Origin: an uncultured Chitinophagaceae bacterium
GTDB lineage: Bacteria; Bacteroidota; Bacteroidia; Chitinophagales; Chitinophagaceae
DNA: 47,581 nucleotides
Direction of reading: 5' to 3'
Assembly: GCA_964646775.1 (NCBI GenBank)
Contig: CAZYEZ010000002.1
Coordinates: 1-47,581, forward strand
Shown here: positions 35,541-44,668 of the stretch, one piece after another
How the letters are laid out: each line of letters opens with the position of its first letter
Position numbering within the stretch: position 1 is the stretch's first letter
Made by a program: the position numbers and the translations under genes
Notes under the pieces: model-generated
Told to the model about the DNA's origin: nothing
Databases searched by the model: none
The model's input: only the letters and a program-made list of their open reading frames with translations

Positions 35541-35567
35541 AAAAAAAAACGCCTATGGTGGGGCGTT
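35541..35567 (-). terminator. Rho-independent terminator after the small lipoprotein gene
   Basis: The minus strand reads AACGCC-ccaccata-GGCGTT followed by T9. Confidence 0.7.
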
Positions 35568-35606
35568 TCAAACTTTCGTATATAGGTGATAATCCTTTAA
35601 AATCAA

Positions 35607-36017
35607 CTAATTGCGGACTTGTAATTCCAAGGTACGATAGGCATAGGGTTCGACGATGGTCTGGGCAATGCCCCCAGAGACCGGCAGGGATCGCTTTATA
35701 TCCCAGCCTTTGCCATATATGTAGTAATCCCCTGGCTGAAGTCCTTTAAATTCAGCAAATGGACGACCATCTTCTATGCGTTTTACGGCCAGTGAGTCGT
35801 CAAAAATCTCCACATTGTCGAGACTATTATAAATTATATAAATCATGCAGCTGTCTACATCCACGCCATCAAATTGTGGAATGACCTTCAAGGTGGCATG
35901 TCCACCTTTTCCCGCCACAGGGGTCGGCTCAGGAAGGGGATCTTCCTTTTGACACCCTAGCCAAGCCAGGGGAACGAAGAGGGCAAGGAAAAAAATAATT
36001 TTCCGATTAGCTTTCAT
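35607..36017 (-). CDS. Small lipoprotein of unknown function
   Basis: The start MKANRKIIFFLALFVPLAWLGCQ has a lipobox (LGC). The ORF-track start at 36242 would overlap the upstream gene and was rejected. Confidence 0.55.
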   Translation of the reverse strand: MKANRKIIFFLALFVPLAWLGCQKEDPLPEPTPVAGKGGHATLKVIPQFDGVDVDSCMIYIIYNSLDNVEIFDDSLAVKRIEDGRPFAEFKGLQPGDYYIYGKGWDIKRSLPVSGGIAQTIVEPYAYRTLELQVRN

Positions 36018-36072
36018 AGGTTCCGATTTTGGAACCTTGAAGGTACAAACTGGAATTGGATTATGGAAGGCC

Positions 36073-37599
36073 TTATTCGGGATTTTCTGGATGGGCAGGC
36101 GCTTCCAGGATTCTGGAAACCGTACTTTCATTCCAAAGTCGATCGAGGGCGGTGACCAAATACCGAGCTCCGGGATGGGCCGCATGGTCTCGAACCAGGT
36201 AGTGTCGATCTTTATAAACCAGGTCCAGAATATACGCGCCATCTTCTAAGTTGATGGGCACGCCAGGCGGGAACCGGTAAACGGCAAACCGGACGGCCTG
36301 GCTATCGGAATCGGGCATGGCCCATTCCAGCCTGATGCCTTCAGGTCGCATTTGAGCGCTCACTTGCGGGGCGGCGGGCGGAATGCTATCGATCCATTTC
36401 ATGGTCGGGGGAAAGGCGATGCGGCGGTTGATCTGCCGAAGGGAATCGGTGACATATGGAGGGATGCGATCGAGATTAGACAAACTATAGAGGGCAAAGC
36501 CCGAGGAAGGGTACTGCCGGATAGCGCGGATCTGACTGAGAATCTCTTTCGGCTGGTTCCAGGGAGGCCTGGATGCATTGATCATTCGGTAAAGTCCCAG
36601 GCCATAGTAGATATGTCGATCATAGCGGTGCTGCTCCCACCATGGAAGCAGGACATTGAAATCGGCGGCTCGATGCCCTCGTTCCCAATACAACTGAGGT
36701 AGCAGATAATCCACCCATCCTTTGCGCATCCAAAGCAGGACGTCGGCATAGAGATCATCATAGTTGGTCTGCCCGGCCCGGGTCTCGGAGCCCATCGGAT
36801 CTTTCGATGCGTTCCGCCAAACCCCAAATGGGCTGATTCCCAACTTGACATGGGGCTTGGTTCGGCGAATCTGCCGGGACAAATCTTCGACAAAAAGATT
36901 CACATTATGTCGACGCCAGCTGGCTTTATCAAGGAATTGTCCTTTGTATTTTTGATAGGTTTTTTCATCGCCAAATTCCTGCCCCGCAATCCGATAGGGA
37001 TAGAAATAGTCGTCCATGTGTACCGCGTCAATATCATAGCGCTGGACCACATCCATGATGATACGGGCCACATAATCTCGGACTTCCGGGAGGCCCGGAT
37101 CCAGTTGTGTTTTACCACCATAAGAAATCAACCAGTCGGGATGCTTCCGGGTAACATGGTCCGGGGGATTGGGGTTGTACTTGCTCGAAGTCAAAGCGCG
37201 GTACGGATTGAACCAGGCATGAAATTCCATGTTCCGCGCATGGGCTTCCTGGATCATAAAAGAGAGGGGGTCGTAAAAAGGCTCGGGGGCTTTGCCCTGT
37301 TTGCCGGTCAAATATCGCGACCAAGGCTCCCAAGGTGAGGCATAAAAAGCATCGCAGGCCGGTCGGATCTGGACGATTACGGCATTGGCCCCCAAAGACT
37401 GCAGCTGATCCAGGCGCGCAATAAACTCTTGGCGCTGGTCCTCGGGACTTAGGTTTCGGGCCGAAGGCCAGTCAATATTGGAGACGGTGGCGATCCAGGC
37501 TGCTCGAAACTCTCTTTTAGGGGCCTGAGCCCAAGCCAGGGAGCTGCCTAAAGTAAGGGCGAGGCAGAATGACGCGAGAAAAGTAAATACAGGAATCAT
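36073..37599 (-). CDS. Glycoside-hydrolase-like GHL10 (DUF187/YngK-type) secreted protein
   Basis: The signal peptide is MIPVFTFLASFCLALTLGSSLAWAQ. Family-typical segments are REFRAAWIATVSNIDWPS...ANAVIVQIRP...HAWFNPY. The start at 37599 is supported by a -7 box 20 nt upstream. Confidence 0.8.
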   Translation of the reverse strand: MIPVFTFLASFCLALTLGSSLAWAQAPKREFRAAWIATVSNIDWPSARNLSPEDQRQEFIARLDQLQSLGANAVIVQIRPACDAFYASPWEPWSRYLTGKQGKAPEPFYDPLSFMIQEAHARNMEFHAWFNPYRALTSSKYNPNPPDHVTRKHPDWLISYGGKTQLDPGLPEVRDYVARIIMDVVQRYDIDAVHMDDYFYPYRIAGQEFGDEKTYQKYKGQFLDKASWRRHNVNLFVEDLSRQIRRTKPHVKLGISPFGVWRNASKDPMGSETRAGQTNYDDLYADVLLWMRKGWVDYLLPQLYWERGHRAADFNVLLPWWEQHRYDRHIYYGLGLYRMINASRPPWNQPKEILSQIRAIRQYPSSGFALYSLSNLDRIPPYVTDSLRQINRRIAFPPTMKWIDSIPPAAPQVSAQMRPEGIRLEWAMPDSDSQAVRFAVYRFPPGVPINLEDGAYILDLVYKDRHYLVRDHAAHPGARYLVTALDRLWNESTVSRILEAPAHPENPE

Positions 37600-37619
37600 T
37601 CGCGGCAAAGGGGTTTTCC

Positions 37620-37627
37620 CAAAACTA
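37620..37627 (-). promoter_or_regulatory. -7 box (TAgtTTTG) for the GHL10 gene
   Basis: It is a perfect match 20 nt upstream of the ATG at 37599. Confidence 0.55.
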
Positions 37628-37682
37628 AACCAAGTTAGGTAAACTGCTTTCCGATGGAACAAAACCCAGGCAATGAAAGCCA

Positions 37683-38339
37683 TTACTCGCCTTCCTTCTC
37701 CTCGGAATGCTTGGTTTTGGATTTTGATCCCGGCTTTTCGCTCGCCTTTTTACGAGGCTTTTTTTCAGTGGCCGATGTTTTCTCTTCTATATCGGTCTCT
37801 TTCTCTTCGCCAGCGCTCGCCTTTTTCTTCGCCTTGGTTTTTGCCCCGGCGTCTTTTTTCTCCTCGGGAGCCTCGGCTTCGGCCATGGTTGGTGGAGCCG
37901 CCTCTTCCGCTTCGGATGCGGCGGTCTCTGAGGTTTCCTCCAGGAGGGATTCAAAATGGAGCAGGTCATGGGACTCCAGGACCTCATACCATTTGAGAAT
38001 CCGTTTCATATCACTCAGATAGACCCGATCAAAATCCAGGTCTGGATATACTTCCCGGAAATAATCCGTGATTTGGCGGGCATCGGTGGCTTTGCCGACC
38101 CCTTTCAAGGGTGGGGTGGTGGATTCCTTCATGCGGGAAAACAACTCGTGAAGCCGGATGTTCTCCGATATGGTATAGATTTCAATGCTTTCTAAAGGCG
38201 TCACATTATGGATTCGCGCGGAAATAAAGCGCGTGCTTTTGTCTGCCAGATTACGGACAATGGCACCATCATTTTTGGTGGCTACCAATTGATACAAGCC
38301 GGGTAGTCCCGTAACGGAAACGATCTCTCTATATTCCAT
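37683..38339 (-). CDS. DUF5606-like protein with a Lys/Glu/Ala-rich disordered C-terminal tail
   Basis: It contains MEYREIVSVTGLPGLYQLVATKNDGAIVRNL... and YFREVYPDLDFDRVYLSDMKRILKWYEVL. A low-complexity tail of about 75 aa follows. The start at 38339 is supported by a -7 box 20 nt upstream. Confidence 0.65.
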   Translation of the reverse strand: MEYREIVSVTGLPGLYQLVATKNDGAIVRNLADKSTRFISARIHNVTPLESIEIYTISENIRLHELFSRMKESTTPPLKGVGKATDARQITDYFREVYPDLDFDRVYLSDMKRILKWYEVLESHDLLHFESLLEETSETAASEAEEAAPPTMAEAEAPEEKKDAGAKTKAKKKASAGEEKETDIEEKTSATEKKPRKKASEKPGSKSKTKHSEEKEGE

Positions 38340-38359
38340 ATCATTTGATTCAGGGTCGG

Positions 38360-38367
38360 CAAAAATA
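38360..38367 (-). promoter_or_regulatory. -7 box (TAttTTTG) for the DUF5606-like gene
   Basis: It is a perfect match 20 nt upstream of the ATG at 38339. Confidence 0.55.
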
Positions 38368-38428
38368 GAGATAATTTTTTTACTCGGGCAGGAGTTTCCT
38401 ATCCATGCATCGCTTCGTCTCAATCGTG

Positions 38429-41400
38429 CTAGCGGACCAGAATAAAATCCCCTTTCATTTCCAGGAGCTGAGGGTCCTGCCGACCGCAATGAGCCTTTAA
38501 GTAATAGAAATAAGTGCCCAGGTCCTGCTCGACGCCCTGGAAGCGGCCATCCCAGCCCTGTTCTGCATCTCGGGTCAGGAATACCACCTGCCCATACCGG
38601 TTCACAATAAAAAACTCAATGAGTTGAAAGTCGCCTTTGTAGAGAATGCGGAACCGATCATTTAATCCATCGCCATTGGGAGTAAAAGCATTGGGCAGGA
38701 AAGGCTTACAACAGTTTTCATAAACGACCTCTGTTTCTGCCGTGGCCGTGCATTGATGGTCATCCTCCACTTTCAGCAGATAGGATCCCGGGGCGGCGGA
38801 GGAAATCCCCCGACTTTCCATGGGCCCCGAAGGCGTCTCCCAATGAAAGCGATAGGTGCCGGTACCGCCCCGAACATCGGCGCCCACGCTGGCCGTAGAA
38901 ATCGGCGCCTCGCAAGATACCGGAGTAGACCATAAGGAAAGGCTAATCGGATCGGGGCCCATGATTTCGATGAGCGTATCTTCCAGGCAGTTTTCGCTAT
39001 CCCGGATGCGCAACTGATGCGAGCCGGACCTGGCTTGAGTAAAGGAGGGGTTGGACTGCCAGTCTCCCTGATCTAGTTGATAGGCATAGGGAGGATTGCC
39101 TCCATCGACCCACAGCTGTATATGCCCGTCTTCCCCATGGGCACATCGGGGCGGCGTCCATTCCAAGGACAGGATTTCAATCGGAGGGTAGCCGATAAGC
39201 TGAAGGATCGTATCCCGCAGGCAGCCATGGTGGTCGCGGACCTGAATCAGATGGCTGCCTGCGCCCAGGGGGCGGAGCCGGGGATTGCTCCCCGGGGTTC
39301 CCTGATTATGGATATAGGCATAGGGAGGTGTGCCCCCTTTGGGTTGAATCAGGATTTCACCGTCCTCAAAGTTTTCGCAGCTCGGATGGGTGATGGACTG
39401 AACCTCTAACTCAAGAGGTGGGGGTTCGGCAAGGAGGACTTGCGTATCGATGAGACAGCCCTGGGCGTCCCGAACCTGAATGCGGTGGGCGCCCCCAGGC
39501 AGGTTTTCAATCCGGGGTCCCGGGCTGAAAGCAAGGAAATCAGATCGATACATATAGGGCGGCGTTCCTCCGGTAACCAAGGGCTCGACCATACCGCTGC
39601 TGTCTCCTGCGCATCTTAGGTCTTGGATCTGCAAGGCCTGAATTTGCAGCGGATCCGGCTCCTCTATCTGAAAGATGGTATCCCGGATGCAACCCCATTG
39701 ATCGCGGACGGATACCCGGTGGGTGCCCGCCGGGATGTTCTGAAAATAGGTCTGGGTTTGAAAACTGCCCTGATTTAAGGCGTAAGCATATCCAGGGGTG
39801 CCACCCGTCGCAGAGGCCTGAATTTGAACATTATTGAATCCGTGACAGGCAATGTCATTATGCTGAATCTGGGGGACGATACGCGCAGGGGCGATCAATT
39901 GGATCTGGGTATCGGCGATGCACCCTTTCTGGTCTTGAATGACGACCCGATGCATTCCGGGTCCCAGGCTCGAGAAGCGCGGTAAGGCGCCCAAGGGCTG
40001 ACTTCCAATCCCATATTCATAGGGGCCGGTTCCGCCATGGGGAGCCATCACTTCGATCACGCCCATCGCGGAATCGAAACAGGTGATCGGCGAAACCTGG
40101 GTCTGAAAATGGAGGAGAACGGAATCTTCCAGACGAAGGGTGGTATCTTTTTGGCATAAATACGCATCCCGGACGTGCAGGGTATAGAGGCCCGCTCCCA
40201 GATTGTGAAAACGGGGGTTGGACTGATAGGCGCCACCGCCCAGGGCATAGGTATAGCCGGGCTGGCCCCCTGAGGCCTGTACATCAATGACCCCGGTAAA
40301 GAGGTTTTGACATAGCGGATGATCCAGATCTAATTGGACACGAACCGGAAGGGGATCATCCAGGTGAAGGGTACGGTCTATTTGACAACCCCTATCATCT
40401 TGAATCTGCAATATATGGGCTCCTGCGCTCAGTCCGGAAAGCGTCGCAGAAGTCTGCCAGCTTCCCGATCCGATGCGATACTGATAAGGGGCGGTCCCGC
40501 CCAGGGCCGCAGCCAGTATCTGACCATCCGCGCCGCCATGGCATCGAGGATTGGTTCCGGTAAGGCTTCCAAAAACAAGCGGGTCGGGTTCTTCAATCCG
40601 AACCAGACTGTCCAGTTTACAGCCATGGTCGTCCATAAGGTGGATCGTAAAAGTTCCGGGTTCCAGCCCCGAGAATCCGGAGTTAGGAAGGTAAGGCCCT
40701 CCGTCCAGAGCAAGGAGGTAGGGCGATTGTCCGCCCGAAGGACTCACCGAAATTTCTCCGTCGTCGGATCCGAAACAGGAGATGGGAATCGCCTGAATGC
40801 CCATCGCCAGGGGGGCTGGTTCCGTGATGGTGATCAGGCTATCCAGAAAGCAACCCAAACTGTCCTCAATGCGAAGGGGATACTGCCCTGCCGCTAATCC
40901 CGTAAAATAAGAGCCGGCCTGCAGCGGGCTTCCTCCCAGCGAATAGGTATAGGGAGCCACCGTCCCATGCGCATTCAGCAGAACGGCGCCGTTGGAATCC
41001 CCGAAGCAGGCAACGGGTGTTACCAGTGTCTGGCTATGCAGAGAAAGGGAGTCGACCAAGGTAAATGAGGTCTGGGCCAGGCATTGATAGGTGTCGCGCA
41101 CTTGAATCTGATAGCTGCCCGCCAGCAGCCCGTTCCAATGGTTCTGGCTGCTAAAACCTTGTCCGTTGATCGAGAACTGATAGGGTCCGGCCCCATGGCG
41201 GGGATAGGCTTCCAGCGATCCGTCCGCTTTCATGTGACAAAGGGGGCTCTCATGTAAAAGATCTACCTGCAGCGGAGTAGGATTGGGCAAGTTGACCACC
41301 GTATCCCCCAAACACTGGTTGGCGTCCTTCACCTGAATCGAATAAGTGCCGGCCTTGAGCTGGCCGAACTGGCCGCTGCTCTGAAAACTGCCCCCATTCA

Positions 41401-43012
41401 AAGCATATTGGTAGGGGGCGAGGCCGCCCTGCGCCGAAACCAGCAGTTTCCCATTCGAGTCCTGATCACAGGTGGGAAGGACGGGGGTGACCAGGGCTTG
41501 GGGCCTGGGAGGCAGAGGGATGAGAATTTGACTGTCCGCTTTGCAGCCATGCTGATCCCGAACAACCAAGGTGTAAATACCCGGCGCAAGGCTGTCGAGT
41601 TGGGGGCTACCCATCGATGGAATTTGGTGGACGGGGGTGCTGCCCTGCCAGGCCTCCAACTGGTAGGGTAGGGTCCCACCCCAGGGGAAGACCTGGAATT
41701 GGGATTTCGCGACACAGGTGGCCGGGGTCAGCGGCGTGTAAAGGAACTGTGGGTTGGGCTTAATATGCAGGTTATATGCCACGGTCTGCTTACTGGATAA
41801 TGGACAGCCATAGTCCAGATAGGTCACGTAAAAGGTGTAATTGCCCGGGAGAACCTGCTGGAGGTTCCAGCTGAATGAACCGACCGGTTGACGCGTTCTA
41901 TTGTTGCTAATCGGGAAGCTGGCCCCCGTGGGCAGTCCCTGCACCGACATGTCGATCGTGTCTCCGTCCAGATCCGTGGCGGGGATCTGAAAGCTCATGT
42001 TCCCCGTCCCGGCGCAAGCAGTGAAAACGGTGCCGCCACTGATGGTGCCTCCCTGGGCAGAAGTCATGATGCCTCCCGGGGGATTATTATTACAGTTATT
42101 GAAGACCAGGAAGGTCATCTCGCGCATGCTGGTTCCCACCGGCACTTGATTGCGATATTCGGTGACCTTGCTCACAATGAGGGAGCGCTGGGTTTGGTTG
42201 GGCGTGAAGTTGATTTGTCCCGTCGTGGAGCTGGTGGAAAAGCTATTGGCTGCTACATGAAGGGGGTTCGTCGCCGAAAGACCCGGCATATAGCTCACGA
42301 ATCCGCCGGTCTGCTGGTCCAAACCGGGTACCAGTGCAAAATAAAGTGAGTCGCCATTCGGATCTACGGCACCTGGATTATAACTGGCCACTTTGTTGAT
42401 GCAGAAAAATGGGGTGGGAATGGTTGTATAGCGAGGCGAAGAGTTCGGACCCGCCGTGTTGTTGAGGGTCGCTTCTAAGCCCATGAGGCTCCCGACGGTG
42501 GAAATAATAATATTGGTCAGGCTGTTGCTGCGCCCTGCCGATGTGTTGGCACCTAGAAAGCCGGTGAACTGAAAGCGCCAGTTGGCGTGGGTGCTGCCCA
42601 GGTTCACCGTTTTGGAGTACGTGTACTGCCGAATCCCTGGCACCGTCCCCGATGCCGAACGGCAGCTGGTATTATTAAGCTGGGAAGGACAGACCGGTGT
42701 TACCTCCGTACCCGCCGTGGGCGGTACCGGAGATAGATTAATCCCTTGAAACACCGTGTTGCCCCGGTATATGACCACCTCCGGACTTACATAAGGCAGG
42801 GCATTAAAGGCGTTATTATTAAGGTCGCAGTCCGCATAGACAACCATGGTTATCGTGTAGGTATGATTCGAAACATGGGTATAGAACAGATCGGCACCAA
42901 ACATATGGGAAGCCCGGGCCCCGGAGGGAAGCAGGAAAAAGAGCAAGGCAAGACCACCCAAGCATCGAAACAAGGAAAGGTAGAAATGCATAAGTGGACG
43001 GACCAGCAGCAT
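38429..43012 (-). CDS. Giant cell-surface protein with an N-terminal ~425-aa domain, 13 SprB repeats and a T9SS type-B (gliding-motility-associated) C-terminal sorting domain
   Basis: It has a signal peptide. Thirteen units match C.G..DG.i.v...GG..PY.Y......Q....F..L.aG.Y.v.V.D..GC. The C-terminus is CCKPFLPNAFTPNGDGLNDRF...GWDG...G.YFYYL...GDFILVR. Confidence 0.9.
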   Translation of the reverse strand: MLLVRPLMHFYLSLFRCLGGLALLFFLLPSGARASHMFGADLFYTHVSNHTYTITMVVYADCDLNNNAFNALPYVSPEVVIYRGNTVFQGINLSPVPPTAGTEVTPVCPSQLNNTSCRSASGTVPGIRQYTYSKTVNLGSTHANWRFQFTGFLGANTSAGRSNSLTNIIISTVGSLMGLEATLNNTAGPNSSPRYTTIPTPFFCINKVASYNPGAVDPNGDSLYFALVPGLDQQTGGFVSYMPGLSATNPLHVAANSFSTSSTTGQINFTPNQTQRSLIVSKVTEYRNQVPVGTSMREMTFLVFNNCNNNPPGGIMTSAQGGTISGGTVFTACAGTGNMSFQIPATDLDGDTIDMSVQGLPTGASFPISNNRTRQPVGSFSWNLQQVLPGNYTFYVTYLDYGCPLSSKQTVAYNLHIKPNPQFLYTPLTPATCVAKSQFQVFPWGGTLPYQLEAWQGSTPVHQIPSMGSPQLDSLAPGIYTLVVRDQHGCKADSQILIPLPPRPQALVTPVLPTCDQDSNGKLLVSAQGGLAPYQYALNGGSFQSSGQFGQLKAGTYSIQVKDANQCLGDTVVNLPNPTPLQVDLLHESPLCHMKADGSLEAYPRHGAGPYQFSINGQGFSSQNHWNGLLAGSYQIQVRDTYQCLAQTSFTLVDSLSLHSQTLVTPVACFGDSNGAVLLNAHGTVAPYTYSLGGSPLQAGSYFTGLAAGQYPLRIEDSLGCFLDSLITITEPAPLAMGIQAIPISCFGSDDGEISVSPSGGQSPYLLALDGGPYLPNSGFSGLEPGTFTIHLMDDHGCKLDSLVRIEEPDPLVFGSLTGTNPRCHGGADGQILAAALGGTAPYQYRIGSGSWQTSATLSGLSAGAHILQIQDDRGCQIDRTLHLDDPLPVRVQLDLDHPLCQNLFTGVIDVQASGGQPGYTYALGGGAYQSNPRFHNLGAGLYTLHVRDAYLCQKDTTLRLEDSVLLHFQTQVSPITCFDSAMGVIEVMAPHGGTGPYEYGIGSQPLGALPRFSSLGPGMHRVVIQDQKGCIADTQIQLIAPARIVPQIQHNDIACHGFNNVQIQASATGGTPGYAYALNQGSFQTQTYFQNIPAGTHRVSVRDQWGCIRDTIFQIEEPDPLQIQALQIQDLRCAGDSSGMVEPLVTGGTPPYMYRSDFLAFSPGPRIENLPGGAHRIQVRDAQGCLIDTQVLLAEPPPLELEVQSITHPSCENFEDGEILIQPKGGTPPYAYIHNQGTPGSNPRLRPLGAGSHLIQVRDHHGCLRDTILQLIGYPPIEILSLEWTPPRCAHGEDGHIQLWVDGGNPPYAYQLDQGDWQSNPSFTQARSGSHQLRIRDSENCLEDTLIEIMGPDPISLSLWSTPVSCEAPISTASVGADVRGGTGTYRFHWETPSGPMESRGISSAAPGSYLLKVEDDHQCTATAETEVVYENCCKPFLPNAFTPNGDGLNDRFRILYKGDFQLIEFFIVNRYGQVVFLTRDAEQGWDGRFQGVEQDLGTYFYYLKAHCGRQDPQLLEMKGDFILVR
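38723..41734 (-). repeat. 13 tandem, diverged SprB-type coding repeats (period 77-78 aa, about 231-234 nt)
   Basis: The first-Cys positions are 433, 515, 592, 669, 746, 824, 901, 978, 1056, 1134, 1212, 1290 and 1367 of the 1527-aa product. Confidence 0.85.
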
Positions 43013-43043
43013 GGGAATTCGTTGGAATAAAACCTAATTTATT

Positions 43044-43051
43044 CAAAAGTA
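43044..43051 (-). promoter_or_regulatory. -7 box (TActTTTG) for the SprB-repeat gene
   Basis: It is a perfect match 31 nt upstream of the ATG at 43012. Confidence 0.5.
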
Positions 43052-43118
43052 TTTGATTTTCGGAGGGACGATGCATTATTATTCTCCTTTGTTTGAAAAG
43101 GAGAAGGCGGGGGAGCGG

Positions 43119-43144
43119 AAAAAACGAGCCTTGTTTGGACAAGG
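43119..43144 (-). terminator. Candidate terminator after the Wzx-like gene
   Basis: The minus strand reads CCTTGT-ccaa-ACAAGG, then ctcg, then TTTTTT. The stem is only 6 bp. Confidence 0.4.
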
Positions 43145-43189
43145 GAAGAACCCAGATTAGCCCATTTGGTCAGGCTCGAGAGACTAAAA

Positions 43190-44665
43190 TCAGGGTTTAC
43201 GCCATCGATTCCAGATTGCCAGGATGTCCTCCGAAGGCTTTGTCCACAGAAGGAATACGCCGAATAGGGCGAGTATGAAAAAGGCGCGAACTGCTGTATC
43301 CAGAACCGGGTGGCCCAGATAGGGAAAATAATAACCGAAGGCCGCGGCGGGGATCGCCGAAAGGATGACTTTAAAGGTGGCGAAGGTATAGGGTTGAATA
43401 CCCATTTTATACCATAGGTATAACATTTTAAGCAGATTGAAGAGCAGGAAGGCAAGGGTGGCACTCCAAGCGGCACCAAAGACGCCGTAGGATGGAATCC
43501 ACCAACGATTGAGAAGGACGATCATAAGAACCAGCAGCAGGGAGATGCGAAACAGAAACTTATAATGTTTGGATATGCTGATAAGTTCCGCGTTCAATCC
43601 GGTAGACATTTGAAAGAGGCGCCCCAGCATAAGGATCCAGACCAAGGGTTCGATGACCTCGTATCCTTCTTTCAACACCCGAATCAGATTGTCCAAATTC
43701 ATACCGATAACCAAAAACATGGCCAAGCCCAAAATGAGCATGTTGACGGCGGAGCGTTGGAAGAGGCGGGAAAGCGCCGGGCGGTCGCCGTCAATATAAG
43801 TTTGATTCAACGTGGCATAGGCGGCGGCCGTGACCGAACGGTAGGGAATGGTCATAATCCCCATAACGAAGAGGGCGTTGCGATAAGCCGCCAGACTTTC
43901 CATCCCGCTCTGATCCAGTGCGGCCAGCATGAGGGTGTCCACATAGCCAACAACATAAAGCGAAACCCCGAGCAGTAGATGATACCAGGAGAAATGGAAG
44001 AGGTCCCGATATTCCTGTCGGCTGAAGGCGGAGAGTTGAAAAGATACCCCGAGAGCGGTTGCACGGCGGGCGAAGATGTATAAAACCATCACGGGGACCA
44101 GGTAAACGAAGACCATCGACTGGATTAAGGTGGAAAAGGATATCCATCCCAAAAACAGAAATAATATAAGAAGCAAGTTCATCAGGCGCAGCAAGACTTC
44201 CTTGACGAAGGCCGATACGGCAACCCGGGACTGAGACATAAGATAATGGTCGAGCAGGGACATGAGCGAATAGAGCAGGACCAGAATGGGCAGCAACCAG
44301 TAATAATGGGCGATCATCTCCCGGTCTTTAATCTGGTATTTTCCGATGATCCATGTTTGAAGAAGGTAATAGGCCAGCGTAAAAAGAGCCGTTACGGCTA
44401 AGGTTACGATCAAGCTAAATCCCATGAGAACCCGACGCCGAATATCCTTGGGCGGATACCTTTGGATGTAAGTGGCAATCAAGGGACCGGTGCCCATGGT
44501 GACCAGTACGTGGAGGATGACTCCCTGATAAGTCAGGTTGGTCATGTATCCCAGCTCCTCTTTGGTCAGAGAGAATATATAAATATAATTGAGCAAGGCT
44601 CCTAAAAGAGCGCCGAAAAGACTCACGGCGGTCGTTTTAAAAGTTTGTCGGATTACGATGCCCAT
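43190..44665 (-). CDS. Wzx-like oligosaccharide/polysaccharide flippase (MOP superfamily)
   Basis: The 491-aa product has about 12-14 TM helices and the length and topology typical of polysaccharide biosynthesis flippases. It starts 3 nt after the upstream GT2 stop. Confidence 0.75.
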   Translation of the reverse strand: MGIVIRQTFKTTAVSLFGALLGALLNYIYIFSLTKEELGYMTNLTYQGVILHVLVTMGTGPLIATYIQRYPPKDIRRRVLMGFSLIVTLAVTALFTLAYYLLQTWIIGKYQIKDREMIAHYYWLLPILVLLYSLMSLLDHYLMSQSRVAVSAFVKEVLLRLMNLLLILFLFLGWISFSTLIQSMVFVYLVPVMVLYIFARRATALGVSFQLSAFSRQEYRDLFHFSWYHLLLGVSLYVVGYVDTLMLAALDQSGMESLAAYRNALFVMGIMTIPYRSVTAAAYATLNQTYIDGDRPALSRLFQRSAVNMLILGLAMFLVIGMNLDNLIRVLKEGYEVIEPLVWILMLGRLFQMSTGLNAELISISKHYKFLFRISLLLVLMIVLLNRWWIPSYGVFGAAWSATLAFLLFNLLKMLYLWYKMGIQPYTFATFKVILSAIPAAAFGYYFPYLGHPVLDTAVRAFFILALFGVFLLWTKPSEDILAIWNRWRKP

Positions 44666-44668
44666 AGA

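Noticed and set aside
36018-36242. The 211-aa reading of the small lipoprotein ORF (and likewise the 38340-38489, 23302-23400 and 28186-28266 N-terminal extensions).
   Set aside because: Internal ATGs give canonical signal, lipoprotein or family N-termini. They remove overlaps with upstream genes, and in two cases a -7 box lies 20 nt upstream.
37654-38022. Two overlapping plus-strand ORFs (122 and 107 aa) rich in Ser/Phe/Ala/Pro.
   Set aside because: They are the antisense image of the Lys/Glu/Ala low-complexity tail of the DUF5606-like gene, and no start context or promoter supports them.
38723-41734. Periodic ~232-nt DNA repeats that might be mistaken for a CRISPR or satellite array.
   Set aside because: They lie in-frame within one long ORF and are diverged at nucleotide level. 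They encode SprB protein repeats, with no short identical direct repeats or spacers.
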